From Eubacteriales bacterium (lineage in GTDB: Bacteria; Bacillota; Clostridia; Oscillospirales; CAG-272), in NCBI GenBank assembly GCA_045631785.1, contig JAZQVJ010000186.1:1-24695 (forward strand): DNA of 24,695 bases. Reading direction: 5' to 3'. The translations under genes were made by a program, and so were the position numbers. Shown in pieces: positions 1 to 9,028 of this stretch. Below the pieces are notes generated by a model. That model was not told the DNA's origin. It saw only the letters and a list, made by a program, of their open reading frames with translations, and made no database searches. How positions within the stretch are numbered: position 1 is the stretch's first letter; each line of letters begins with the position of its first letter.

Positions 1-244
1 GGCAGCCGCCGTCCCTCGGGGTTCCTCTCCTTGCGCGACAGAGAAAGATGCAGATAGAGGAAGTAGAGGACGGAAAAGAGAAGTCGGAGGCCAAGCGGTC
101 TTAGGAAGACAAGAGAAGAACACAACTCCTTGGCTCACAGAACGACATGGCTACGATCCGACTTGGCAGCCGCCGTCCCTCGGGGTTCCTCTCCTTGCGC
201 GACAGAGAAAGATGCAGATAGAGGAAGTAGAGGACGGAAAAGAG
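1..244 (+). repeat. Exact 80-bp direct repeat (1-80 = 165-244) flanking a sequencing adapter; library artefact, not a genomic repeat
   Basis: GGCAGCCGCC...CGGAAAAGAG is identical at 1-80 and 165-244, and the spacer between the copies is adapter sequence. Confidence 0.95.
81..164 (+). other. MGI/BGI DNBSEQ adapter read-through (adapter arm + 10-nt barcode + second adapter arm)
   Basis: 81-112 AAGTCGGAGGCCAAGCGGTCTTAGGAAGACAA is the MGI adapter. 113-122 GAGAAGAACA has barcode length. 123-164 is the reverse complement of AAGTCGGATCGTAGCCATGTCGTTCTGTGAGCCAAGGAGTTG. Adapters recognised from memory. Confidence 0.95.
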
Positions 245-940
245 ACATGCCATATACCCGATATAGAAGTTCGAGATAATGGCAAGCACAAGGGTGGCGG
301 TGTACAGCTTATACCGTCCGTGGCATACCAGCGCACGGATGCCAAGCACAAGGAGTGGCAAAAGGATCACGTTGTCGGTCCACATCGTGTTGTGTTGCAT
401 CACAACGCCGTAGGCCGTCAGCGAATACACAGCCGAAAAGAGGACTGTCGCCCCCGGGGAAAGCGAGGTGGTCTTGCGGAGATAATAGCCAAAGGTGAAC
501 CCGGAAAGCCCCTGCTTAATGAGGAGCATCAAAAGGAGGGCCTCAAGGATGGCATCGCGTGGGAAGAGCGCCACAAGATACGAAAGAGGTGACGCCAGAT
601 AGTAGGCGTAGATCCCAAGAAATTCGCCGCCCAGCGAACGGGAAAAGCTGTAAAGCAGCGAAGAATCTCCCCATATGACATCACGGAGCGCCTCGAAGAA
701 ATAGACGTACTGCCCGTTCAGGTCAAGGACAAGGACCGAGCCCTTGCCGAAGGGCCATACTCCGATGACGGCGTAGATCAGTGCCATCAGGGCGAAGGGG
801 AGCAGAAAGCAAAAGAGCAGATACGAGCCGTTGGTAGTCCTGTACCACTCAAGGCTCCGTCGAAACGCCCGAAGGCAAAGCGTTTTTATTCCCCGGAAAA
901 CGCCGCCGAGGCGTTCACGGAAGGTGGAGAGAGCGCTCAT
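165..940 (-). CDS. YfhO-family membrane protein (GT-C-like glycosyltransferase), paralogue 2; 3'-truncated at the adapter/contig end
   Basis: ATG at 940 overlaps the upstream stop (ATGA). Multi-TM N-terminus with DLNGQYVYFF, GGEFLGIYAYYLASP, HNTMWTD and SNFYIGYM, co-linear with the 1023-aa neighbour. Residues after ...EGRRLP in the ORF track come from the adapter. Confidence 0.85.
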
Positions 941-3900
941 TTGCGGCGCTTCCCGGAGCCCTTGTGCGTCGGCTTTTTGCCGGAAATTCGTTTCCCTTCG
1001 GTCGGGGGTGCATCCTCACTTGCCGTCATCTCAGCCCCGGGGGCCGTCTTCTCGGTCGGCTCGGGCAGGAAAAAGGCTATGGCACGGTCGAAGCGCCGAT
1101 CTCGGCGGAGCGTGAGCTTACCCTTGTCGCGGAGCACGATCAGGGCGATGACCGCTGTCAAAAGGAGGATGCCGCCGATCGAGGTCCAAAGAGCCACCGT
1201 GTAGATCGTCGGTCGGTAGCAAAGATCGATCTCGTACGTCCCGGCCGCGGGGAGATCAAAGGCAAGGAGGGCGTTTGCGGTGCGATAGCCCTCTACCGTT
1301 TCACCGTCAACACGGATGCGCCACCCCTCGTCAAAGGGGATGGTCGTCTGGACCGAGGTAAAGCCCTCGGCGGCCGTGAGGCTCCCTGTCAGGTGGTCAT
1401 CGTCGCCGCGGGTGAGCGAAATGCCCCCGTTGCCGAGCAGCTCGGTAGCCTTGGCAAGATCGGCCTCGTCGATCGTATAGAAATAGGGGGTATCTTCATA
1501 AATATACGCCTTCCCCGTGGCCTCGGCCGAAAGCTCCACGGTCACGGTCGCCCCGGGCTCAAACGCACCGAGAGAAACAATGGAAGCAATGTTGCCGCCC
1601 TGCGGATAGAGGACGGTATTCCGGTAATGCTCCCCGTTCAGATAAAGCTTCAGCTCCTGAGGATACTGTGTGGGGAAATAGCAGTACACGAAGGCACCGT
1701 CTGCGGGCGCCTGCAGGGTAAAGACGATGCGCGCCGTGGTGCTTTCCTCGCGGCAGGTGAAATGCATATGGCTCTGGATCGAGGATTGACGGTCCATGCC
1801 GCCCGTGACGCTGATCGTTGCGGGGATGGGGTCATAGACCGTGATCGTGTCATCTCCCGTAAGCAGTGCATAGATCGTATTCAGGCGCAAGAAGGGCGAC
1901 CAAAGGGCATCGTCCCATCCGTCGTTGAGGACCCATTGGCTTTTTGTCGTATCGTACGTGTAATCGTCGGGATAGGAGGGGAGTGTAAAGGAGAGATCCT
2001 TGAGCCCCGCCGAGGCAAAGGCAATAGGGAGAGCATAGGGGTTCTTGTAGGTCACGGTGGCGGTATCTCCCTCGCCGTCACGGTGGTATTCCTCGTAGAT
2101 CGGATCGACCGGCTCATCGGCCTTGGCGATCCAGTACTTGACGCCCAGAAGAGAATTCGTCGCTACCGTCGAGCCCGTGGCCTCGGTCCAGTGCGAGTTG
2201 GCCTTCATGCCGAGGTCGTGCTGGAGCTTTACCACCGAGGCGTTCAGAGTCGAGGTCGAGGAAGCCAGGCCGCGGTAGCCAAGCACAAAGGAGTCGCACA
2301 CCGTCCGCTGGAAGGTCTTGTCCATCCGATAAAAGGGTGAGGTGTCGTTCTCCTTAACGTAGTCGAAGGGCGCATCGTACACGTCATAAAAGTCGTGATA
2401 GGAGTCATAGCTTGAGATCACGACGTCCTCGTGCTGGCGTGTCATATAAAAGATGCCGTTCAAAAGTGTCTCAAGCGAGATCACACCGACGATCAGCATG
2501 GCAATGGTCTCAAACCTTGGCGCAGATTCATCGTGTCCTCCGAGCAGGAGCAGGAGGAAGGTGTAGATCAGGGCACACGCGAGTGTCAGCCAAAGACCGG
2601 CGAGATCGTCAAAGTATTCCTTCGTCTCGCCGTTCGCAGTATAGGTCAGCCCAAGCTTTTGGAAAAGAATTGCCAGGAAGATGATGACACCGCCCGAGGC
2701 CAGGATCGCCGAGGGCGGAATACTGCGAAGGGCCGTGAGGGCTCTCGCGGCCAGTAGCAGAACTGTAAAAATAAAGACAAAGCTGTAACGGTAATTCAGC
2801 CAGTTCGGTGCCTGGCCGCCGTGCCAGAGAATGTCGATCGGATTGATGTACATCGAGGCAAAGAGCAGGAAAAGCAGGATCCCCGATGCAATCTTTTCGC
2901 GCACGGGTATCTTGCCCGCCACGAAATACAGAGGCAAAAGGAGCAGCGCCACAACACCGGAATAGACCCAGGGCAAGCCCTCGGGGCGCACGGTATCGTA
3001 GGCACCGGGGAACATCTTGGCAAGGAAATCAATGATGTCGAACTTGGCCTTAAGGGTGAAATCCGCCGTTGAAAAGCCGGTCTTACCGAAGGTCAGCGAG
3101 TAGTAGGCGGGGAGGATCAGGAGCGCAGCGATCGCCACGCCGATCAGGGTGTATACGCCAACGCGCAAAAGCGTGGCAAGGAAGTGGCGGCGCTCGCCGC
3201 GCGGATTGACCTCCTCCCGGTCGTGAGCAAGCATAAAATAGAAGAAATAGAGCGCCGTAAAAATGCACATCATATACCCGATGTAATAGTTGGCAAGAAG
3301 AGTTACCGCCAGCGTCACGGTGTAAAGGATGGGCTTTTTGTATTTGATGAGTCGCTCAAGCCCCAGCATGAGAAGAGGCAGGAGCATCAGGGCATCGATC
3401 CACATGGTATTATGTTGCATGACCACCACGTAGGAGGAAATGGCGTAAAGCACCGAGAGGGCCACCGTCAGGGTTTTCGGGGGGCGCCGCGAATAGTGAA
3501 GGAAGGCGCCAAAATTCAGCCCGGCAAGGCCACTCTTCAGGGCAAACATCAAAAGGAGAGCCTCAAGAATGTTCTTTTCGGGGAAGAGGGCGACGAGCCA
3601 AGAGAGGGGTGAGGCAAGATAGTAGGCATAAATGCCTAAAAATTCACCGCCGAGCGAGCGTGAAAAGGAGTAGAGAAGGCTCCCGTCACCGTGAAGGATG
3701 GCACGCAGGCCGGCAAAGAATTGCACGTATTGCCCGTTGAGGTCGAGGACCAGCACCGAGTTATTGCCAAAGGGATAGACGTCAATGGCAACGTAAATGA
3801 GAAGCATGATGGAAAACGAGAGGAAAAAGCTCCAGATAAGAAAGGCCCCGTCGTACTTTTCAAGGGCGGCGTCCATGCGGTCAAAAAGCCCCGGCTTTTT

Positions 3901-4008
3901 CTTCGTGTCCTTTTTGTCGCCGTCTTTTTTCTTCCCCTCGAAAAAGCCCCCCATCTTGGTGAAAAAAGCGGCTATCGAGTCCTCTATCCTGTTGAGAAAT
4001 TCGCGCAT
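937..4008 (-). CDS. YfhO-family membrane protein (GT-C-like glycosyltransferase), paralogue 1, 1023 aa
   Basis: AAAGGA RBS. About 12 N-terminal TM segments with DLNGQYVQFF, NTMWIDAL, NYYIGYM and NYRYSF, a large extracytoplasmic domain, the YfhO-typical C-terminal TTIPFDEGWRIRVDG motif and a final TM helix. Confidence 0.88.
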   Translation of the reverse strand: MREFLNRIEDSIAAFFTKMGGFFEGKKKDGDKKDTKKKPGLFDRMDAALEKYDGAFLIWSFFLSFSIMLLIYVAIDVYPFGNNSVLVLDLNGQYVQFFAGLRAILHGDGSLLYSFSRSLGGEFLGIYAYYLASPLSWLVALFPEKNILEALLLMFALKSGLAGLNFGAFLHYSRRPPKTLTVALSVLYAISSYVVVMQHNTMWIDALMLLPLLMLGLERLIKYKKPILYTVTLAVTLLANYYIGYMMCIFTALYFFYFMLAHDREEVNPRGERRHFLATLLRVGVYTLIGVAIAALLILPAYYSLTFGKTGFSTADFTLKAKFDIIDFLAKMFPGAYDTVRPEGLPWVYSGVVALLLLPLYFVAGKIPVREKIASGILLFLLFASMYINPIDILWHGGQAPNWLNYRYSFVFIFTVLLLAARALTALRSIPPSAILASGGVIIFLAILFQKLGLTYTANGETKEYFDDLAGLWLTLACALIYTFLLLLLGGHDESAPRFETIAMLIVGVISLETLLNGIFYMTRQHEDVVISSYDSYHDFYDVYDAPFDYVKENDTSPFYRMDKTFQRTVCDSFVLGYRGLASSTSTLNASVVKLQHDLGMKANSHWTEATGSTVATNSLLGVKYWIAKADEPVDPIYEEYHRDGEGDTATVTYKNPYALPIAFASAGLKDLSFTLPSYPDDYTYDTTKSQWVLNDGWDDALWSPFLRLNTIYALLTGDDTITVYDPIPATISVTGGMDRQSSIQSHMHFTCREESTTARIVFTLQAPADGAFVYCYFPTQYPQELKLYLNGEHYRNTVLYPQGGNIASIVSLGAFEPGATVTVELSAEATGKAYIYEDTPYFYTIDEADLAKATELLGNGGISLTRGDDDHLTGSLTAAEGFTSVQTTIPFDEGWRIRVDGETVEGYRTANALLAFDLPAAGTYEIDLCYRPTIYTVALWTSIGGILLLTAVIALIVLRDKGKLTLRRDRRFDRAIAFFLPEPTEKTAPGAEMTASEDAPPTEGKRISGKKPTHKGSGKRRK

Positions 4009-4048
4009 CGCGGCATCCTTTCATCAGAAATTACGATTTTTATATAAT

Positions 4049-4057
4049 AGTATACCA
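4049..4057 (-). promoter_or_regulatory. Putative extended -10 (TGgTATACT) for the yfhO pair
   Basis: Reverse complement of AGTATACCA, about 40 nt upstream of the ATG at 4008 in an AT-rich divergent intergenic region. The -35 is weak. Confidence 0.45.
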
Positions 4058-4115
4058 TATTTAAGCAACAAAAGTAAAGATTTTAATGCTTTTTTTATAA
4101 AGTTATAAAAAGATT

Positions 4116-4143
4116 TTGACATTCCGCAAAAAAATGGTATAAT
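4116..4143 (+). promoter_or_regulatory. Consensus sigma-A promoter for the ruvC...truA operon
   Basis: TTGACA (4116-4121), 16-nt spacer, TG-n-TATAAT (4135-4143). Confidence 0.8.
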
Positions 4144-4178
4144 AGAAAAATAAGATAAGTATCGAAAGGAGGCACACC

Positions 4179-4676
4179 TTGCGGATATTGGGTATTGACC
4201 CCGGTCTTGCGATCGTTGGCTGGGGCGTTGTCGAAAAGCGCGGCTTTCACTGCATTCCCGTGGCATGCGGTGCGATCCGCACCCCGGCACACACCAAGGT
4301 CGAGGATCGCCTGCTTTCGATCTTTAACGATATGAACACCCTCATTGAAAAGTACCGTCCCGATGAGATGGCGGTGGAGGAGCTGTTTTTTACGAACAAT
4401 ATCACGACGGGCATCACCGTGGCCGAGGCGCGGGGAGTGATCCTCACGGCCGCGGCCTCACACTCCTTGCCGATCAGCGAATACACCCCTCCGCAGGTCA
4501 AGCAGGCCGTTGTCGGATATGGCAAGGCGGACAAGCGGCAGGTTATCGAGATGGTGACGGCTCTTCTGAAGCTTCCCGCCCCCCCAAAGCCGGACGATAC
4601 GGCGGATGCCTTGGCGGTCGCCTATTGCCATGCCCAATGTCTTGGCTCGCGGATCGCCCCCTATTTCAACAAGTAA
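4179..4676 (+). CDS. ruvC: Crossover junction endodeoxyribonuclease RuvC
   Basis: TTG start 6 nt after AAAGGAGG. MRILGIDPG, VEELFF, YTPPQVKQAVVGYGKADKRQV and PDDTADALA carry the RuvC catalytic acidic residues. Confidence 0.96.
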   Translation: MRILGIDPGLAIVGWGVVEKRGFHCIPVACGAIRTPAHTKVEDRLLSIFNDMNTLIEKYRPDEMAVEELFFTNNITTGITVAEARGVILTAAASHSLPISEYTPPQVKQAVVGYGKADKRQVIEMVTALLKLPAPPKPDDTADALAVAYCHAQCLGSRIAPYFNK

Positions 4677-4691
4677 AAGTGAGTAAAAGCT

Positions 4692-5552
4692 ATGTGGATC
4701 AGTGATCAGTGGAAGGATTATGAGCTGCTTGACACATCGGACGGAGAGCGTCTTGAGCGTTGGGGAAAGTACATTCTTGTTCGCCCCGACCCGCAGGTGA
4801 TCTGGCATACCGAGCGCCGTGCCGCCCTTTGGGGGCGAGCCGATGCCGGGTATAAGCGCTCGCGCAGCGGCGGTGGCGCGTGGAGTGAAAATTCGCTCCC
4901 CGAGAAATGGCGCATTACCTACGGCCCCCTCACCTTCCGTATCCAGCCGACGGGCTTCAAGCATACCGGCCTTTTTCCCGAGCAGGCGGTCAACTGGGAT
5001 TTTATGATGGATCTCATTCGCCGTGCAGGGCGCCCCATCAAGGTGCTGAACCTTTTTGCCTATACCGGCGGTGCCACGGTCGCGTGCGCTGCGGCAGGGG
5101 CATCCGTCTGCCACGTCGATGCCGCCCGCGGCATGGTCGAGGCTGCCAAGGAGAACGCCGCGCTTTCGGGACTTGCCGAGGCACCCATTCGCTATATCGT
5201 TGACGACTGCAAGAAGTTCGTTGAGCGTGAGATCCGCCGCGGCAATCGGTACGATGCCGTCATTATGGATCCCCCCTCGTACGGTCGCGGCCCCGGCGGC
5301 GAGGTCTGGAAGATCGAGGAGAGCATTGATTCCCTCATCGCCCTCGTTTCGGGCGTCCTCTCGCAGAAGCCTCTGTTTTTCCTACTTAATTCTTATACGA
5401 CCGGGCTTTCGGTCTCGGCCATGAAGTATATGACCGATCTCCACCTTACAGGGCGCTTCGGCGGCTCGTCGGAGGCGGAGGAGCTCGGTCTTCCCGTAAC
5501 CAGCACCGGGGGCGCTCTGCCTTGCGGCGGAAGCGTCCGGCATGTCTTTTGA
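4692..5552 (+). CDS. Class I SAM-dependent methyltransferase, RlmI/RlmK-like (probable RNA methyltransferase)
   Basis: DYELLDTSDGERLERWG N-terminus, FKHTGLFPEQ, VLNLFAYTGG (SAM motif I) and DAVIMDPPSYG. Exact substrate cannot be assigned. Confidence 0.85.
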   Translation: MWISDQWKDYELLDTSDGERLERWGKYILVRPDPQVIWHTERRAALWGRADAGYKRSRSGGGAWSENSLPEKWRITYGPLTFRIQPTGFKHTGLFPEQAVNWDFMMDLIRRAGRPIKVLNLFAYTGGATVACAAAGASVCHVDAARGMVEAAKENAALSGLAEAPIRYIVDDCKKFVEREIRRGNRYDAVIMDPPSYGRGPGGEVWKIEESIDSLIALVSGVLSQKPLFFLLNSYTTGLSVSAMKYMTDLHLTGRFGGSSEAEELGLPVTSTGGALPCGGSVRHVF

Positions 5553-5560
5553 GGTAGCCT

Positions 5561-6448
5561 ATGAATGATTTTATCCGGGCGGAGCACGTTTCCTTCAGCT
5601 ACGATGACGGTGAAGGGCTTCCCGTAGTTCCCGCCCTTTCGGATGTAAGCCTTACTATACAAAAAGGCGAATACGTAGCCATCCTCGGCCACAACGGGTC
5701 GGGGAAGTCTACCTTTGCCAAGCTTTTGAATCTGATCCTTCTCCCGACAGGCGGCAGGCTTTATATTGACGGTGTAGAGATAACACCGGAGGGGATCTCG
5801 ACCGATGCCGACAAGCAGGAGGACATGGTCTTTGAGGTTCGCAAAAAGGTCGGGATGGTGTTCCAAAATCCGGACAACCAGCTTGTTGCTACGACGGTGG
5901 AGGAGGACGTTGCCTTTGGCCCAGAAAATCTCGGTATACCGCAGGACGAGCTTCGCGCCCGTGTCGATGCGGCGCTCCTTGCCGTCGGGATGAAGGGATA
6001 CGAGCGCCACGCTCCTCACCGTCTTTCGGGCGGTCAGAAGCAGCGAGTCGCCGTTGCCGGCGTCATTGCGATGAAGCCGGATTGTATCGTTTTTGACGAA
6101 TCCACCGCTATGCTGGATCCCTCGGGGCGGCATGAGGTGATCGAAACGATGGAAAAGCTCAACCGTGAGGAGGGGATCACCGTCCTGCACATCACGCATT
6201 ATATGGAGGAGGCGGCTCGTGCCCGGCGCGTGATCGTCATTGATGATGGCGCCGTCCTTCTTGACGGGACACCCGCTGAGGTCTTCTCCCGTGTTGAGGA
6301 GCTTCGCGCCGCCGGGCTTGACGTTCCGCAGGGGACAGCCCTTTTGCACGAGCTCCGCCGCCTCGGTCTTTCCCTTCCCGAGGGAATCACGGGGGTTGCG
6401 GAATGTACCGAGGCGATTCTTGCACTGTTTGCGGGAGGGAAAGCATGA
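5561..6448 (+). CDS. ecfA1: Energy-coupling factor transporter ATPase A1
   Basis: Walker A GHNGSGKST, Q-loop VFQNPDNQ, signature LSGGQKQR, Walker B IVFDE and H-loop ITH. Confidence 0.93.
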   Translation: MNDFIRAEHVSFSYDDGEGLPVVPALSDVSLTIQKGEYVAILGHNGSGKSTFAKLLNLILLPTGGRLYIDGVEITPEGISTDADKQEDMVFEVRKKVGMVFQNPDNQLVATTVEEDVAFGPENLGIPQDELRARVDAALLAVGMKGYERHAPHRLSGGQKQRVAVAGVIAMKPDCIVFDESTAMLDPSGRHEVIETMEKLNREEGITVLHITHYMEEAARARRVIVIDDGAVLLDGTPAEVFSRVEELRAAGLDVPQGTALLHELRRLGLSLPEGITGVAECTEAILALFAGGKA

Positions 6449-7311
6449 GTACGATTCTTGAGCTGCAGAGCGTTTCCTACGATTACAATGCAAGAACTCC
6501 CTTTGCTACCGCCGCCCTTTCCAATGTGAGCGTGTCGTTTGAGCGAGGGCATATTACCGGCGTGATCGGGCATACGGGCTCGGGCAAATCCACCCTTGTC
6601 CAAATGCTCAACGGGCTCCTCCGTCCGACCTCCGGCAGGGTTCTTCTTGACGGTGCGGACATCTGGGCAAGGCCGAAGGAGATTGCTAAGGTCCGTTTTC
6701 GTGTCGGCCTTGTCATGCAGTATCCCGAATATCAGCTCTTTGACGCCACCGTGCGCTCGGATATCGCCTTTGGCCCCCGGAATATGCGCCTTAGCGAGGA
6801 TGAGATCGAGCGCCGTGTGCTTGAGGCGGCCGACTTTGTCGGCATCGGGGAGGAGCTTCTTGAAAAATCTCCCTTTGATCTTTCGGGCGGTCAGCGCCGC
6901 CGCGTTGCCATTGCGGGTGTCATTGCGATGCGCCCCGAGGTGCTCATCCTCGATGAGCCTGCTGCAGGGCTTGATCCGCGCGGTCGCCGCGAGATACTTT
7001 CCGGCCTTTGGGAATACGGGAAGAGAAGCGGAACGACGGTGATCCTTGTCAGCCACAGCATGGAGGATATGGCGCATTACTGCGACGACATTGTGGTAAT
7101 GAATAACGCGGGAATTTATATGAAGGGGACGGTCTCCGAGGTCTTTCTTCGCTCCGAGGAGATGGAGGCTATCGGTCTTGATATCCCCGAGATCACCAAG
7201 ATCGCCAACGCCCTTCGCCGCCACGGTATCGGACTGCGTGACGATATCTATACCGTGGAGGCACTGAAGGCCGCGCTCCTCGGTACCCTCGGCAGGGAGG
7301 TGTGGGAATGA
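6445..7311 (+). CDS. ecfA2: Energy-coupling factor transporter ATPase A2
   Basis: ATG at 6445 overlaps the ecfA1 TGA. GHTGSGKST, QYPEYQLF, SPFDLSGGQRRRVAIAG, ILDEP and VSHSMED. Confidence 0.93.
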   Translation: MSTILELQSVSYDYNARTPFATAALSNVSVSFERGHITGVIGHTGSGKSTLVQMLNGLLRPTSGRVLLDGADIWARPKEIAKVRFRVGLVMQYPEYQLFDATVRSDIAFGPRNMRLSEDEIERRVLEAADFVGIGEELLEKSPFDLSGGQRRRVAIAGVIAMRPEVLILDEPAAGLDPRGRREILSGLWEYGKRSGTTVILVSHSMEDMAHYCDDIVVMNNAGIYMKGTVSEVFLRSEEMEAIGLDIPEITKIANALRRHGIGLRDDIYTVEALKAALLGTLGREVWE

Positions 7312-8159
7312 AGGATATTGCCATCGGCCAGTATTTTGAGGGGACCTCCTTGCTTCATCGCATCGATCCTCGCATCAAGCTGTTATCGGCCCTTCTTCTT
7401 ATTGTCGCGCTCTTTTGCGCCGAGAGTCTTTGGTGTTTCCTGTTCCTCTCGGTTCTCGTTTTCGTGCTTATCGCGTTTTGCGGCGTTCCGATCCGTATCA
7501 TCCTGCGTGGTCTGCGCCCCCTCATCCTTGTTCTTTTTGTGACGGTCTTTATCTCGACCTTCCTGACAAAGGGGGAGGGAGATCCCCTCCTTTCGTTCCC
7601 GGTATTCAACTGGTTCCGTCTTGAGGTATACTATGAGGGGCTTGTGCGCGCCTTCCTTTTGGCGCTCCGCATCCTGCTTCTCGTGATCTCTACGGGTATT
7701 TTCCTGACCTATACCACCACCCCCACAACGCTTACCGATGCCCTTGAGCGAATTCTTCATCCCCTGACCTATCTCCGTGTTCCCGTTTATGATTTTGCGA
7801 TGATGATGACGATCGCTCTCCGCTTTATCCCGACACTTGTCGAGGAGACCGAGCGCATTATGTGCGCGCAGAAGGCACGCGGCGCCGATTTTTCTTCGGG
7901 CTCACTCTTCCGGCGCATCCGTGCCCTTATTCCGATCATCATTCCGCTCTTCGTCTCGGCCTTCCGCCGGGCGGTCGAGCTGGCAACGGCCATGGAGTGT
8001 CGCTGCTACCGCGGCGGCGCGGGGCGCACCCGTCTTCATAAGATGAAGTATCACACAAGAGATTGGCTCTTCCTTCTCTTTTTCATTGCTTGCCTTGCTC
8101 TCGTTATTCTCGGCAACATCTATCTTCCCACCAGGATCTCGATGGGGGGCGCGCTATGA
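7308..8159 (+). CDS. ecfT: Energy-coupling factor transporter transmembrane component T
   Basis: GGAGG RBS and ATGA overlap. GQY...HRIDPRIKL, ALRFIPTL, AQKARG and AMECRCY (the two conserved Arg motifs). Confidence 0.93.
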   Translation: MKDIAIGQYFEGTSLLHRIDPRIKLLSALLLIVALFCAESLWCFLFLSVLVFVLIAFCGVPIRIILRGLRPLILVLFVTVFISTFLTKGEGDPLLSFPVFNWFRLEVYYEGLVRAFLLALRILLLVISTGIFLTYTTTPTTLTDALERILHPLTYLRVPVYDFAMMMTIALRFIPTLVEETERIMCAQKARGADFSSGSLFRRIRALIPIIIPLFVSAFRRAVELATAMECRCYRGGAGRTRLHKMKYHTRDWLFLLFFIACLALVILGNIYLPTRISMGGAL

Positions 8160-8941
8160 GGTATCTTGCCCGCATCCGCTACGACGGGGCCCGCTTTTGC
8201 GGCTTCCAGGTGCAGAAGAATGGGCGCACCGTACAAGGCGACCTGCACAAAGCGACCGAAAAGCTCTTCGGCTGCCCTTGTCTGATCACAGGCTGCAGCC
8301 GCACTGACAGCGGCGTTCACGCCGAGGAATTCTATCTGACGATCGAGCCTACCGCCAAGGGCGCCCCCGCCGTTCCTCCGTCGGCGCTTCCGCTTGCCAT
8401 CCTCCAGTATCTGCCGAGCGACCTTTCGCTGAATTTCGCCATTGAGGCCCCCGAGGGCTTTCATCCGCGCTATGATGCCCTCGGCAAGGAATACCGCTAT
8501 CGGATGCGTTATGCCTGCCTCCCCGATCCCTTCCTCTCTGCGCGTGTCTGGCAGATGCCCTACCGCCTTACCGAGGAGGGATTTTCACAGATGCAGGAGG
8601 CCGCCGCCCATTTTATCGGCGCTCATGATTTTACGTCGTTTATGTGTGCCGAGTCGGAGATCGAGGATCGTGTTCGCACCGTGTCCTCACTTTATCTGAC
8701 GAGAGAGGGGAACGATGTCACCCTGTCGGTCACTGCCAACGGCTTTCTCTACAACATGGTGCGTATTATCACGGGGACTCTCTTTGAGATCGGTGCCGGC
8801 CGCCGTCGGGCTGCCTCCATCCCTGCAACGATCGCCGGGCGCGACCGCACCCTGGCGGGCATGACCGCACCGCCGGACGGTCTGTATCTGCACCGTGTCA
8901 TTTATCCTAAAAATTTGGAAATCCTGCTCGGGAAAGATTAA
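8156..8941 (+). CDS. truA: tRNA pseudouridine(38-40) synthase TruA
   Basis: ATG at 8156 overlaps the ecfT stop. YDGARFCGFQVQ, catalytic CSRTDSGVHA, FLYNMVRII and TAPPDGLYL. ecfT-truA adjacency is conserved in Bacillota. Confidence 0.95.
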   Translation: MRYLARIRYDGARFCGFQVQKNGRTVQGDLHKATEKLFGCPCLITGCSRTDSGVHAEEFYLTIEPTAKGAPAVPPSALPLAILQYLPSDLSLNFAIEAPEGFHPRYDALGKEYRYRMRYACLPDPFLSARVWQMPYRLTEEGFSQMQEAAAHFIGAHDFTSFMCAESEIEDRVRTVSSLYLTREGNDVTLSVTANGFLYNMVRIITGTLFEIGAGRRRAASIPATIAGRDRTLAGMTAPPDGLYLHRVIYPKNLEILLGKD

Positions 8942-8990
8942 TTTTTGCCGAGGGGCGCATACTGTTAGCAATTCCGTATGCGAGGTTATC

Positions 8991-9025
8991 GGGGTACGCC
9001 GCTTTGCGGAGGTGCCCCTTTTATT
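8991..9025 (+). terminator. Possible intrinsic terminator after truA
   Basis: GGGGTAC/GTGCCCC stem (one G-U pair) with inner CCGC-TTT-GCGG hairpin, followed by TTTTATT. Confidence 0.45.
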
Positions 9026-9028
9026 ATA

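Noticed and set aside
101-164. Apparent novel C-terminus and stop codon giving a short 279-aa YfhO variant
   Set aside because: These codons are translated adapter and barcode sequence.
1-244. Repeat-spacer-repeat as a CRISPR-like unit, LTR or att site
   Set aside because: The repeat is coding sequence of the YfhO gene, the spacer is a library adapter, and no cas or integrase gene is present.
964-2340. 458-aa + strand ORF, and similar antisense ORFs at 5393-6493, 6199-7224 and 18460-19332
   Set aside because: Shadow frames opposite well-supported genes in GC-rich DNA, with no motifs or RBS.
8063-8155. Longer upstream starts in the ORF track (6403, 7302, 8063, 8978, 11424, 12095, 14514, 14582, 18451, 19764, 20776)
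   Set aside because: They overlap neighbouring genes or promoters. RBS position, stop/start coupling and family N-termini support the shorter starts used here.
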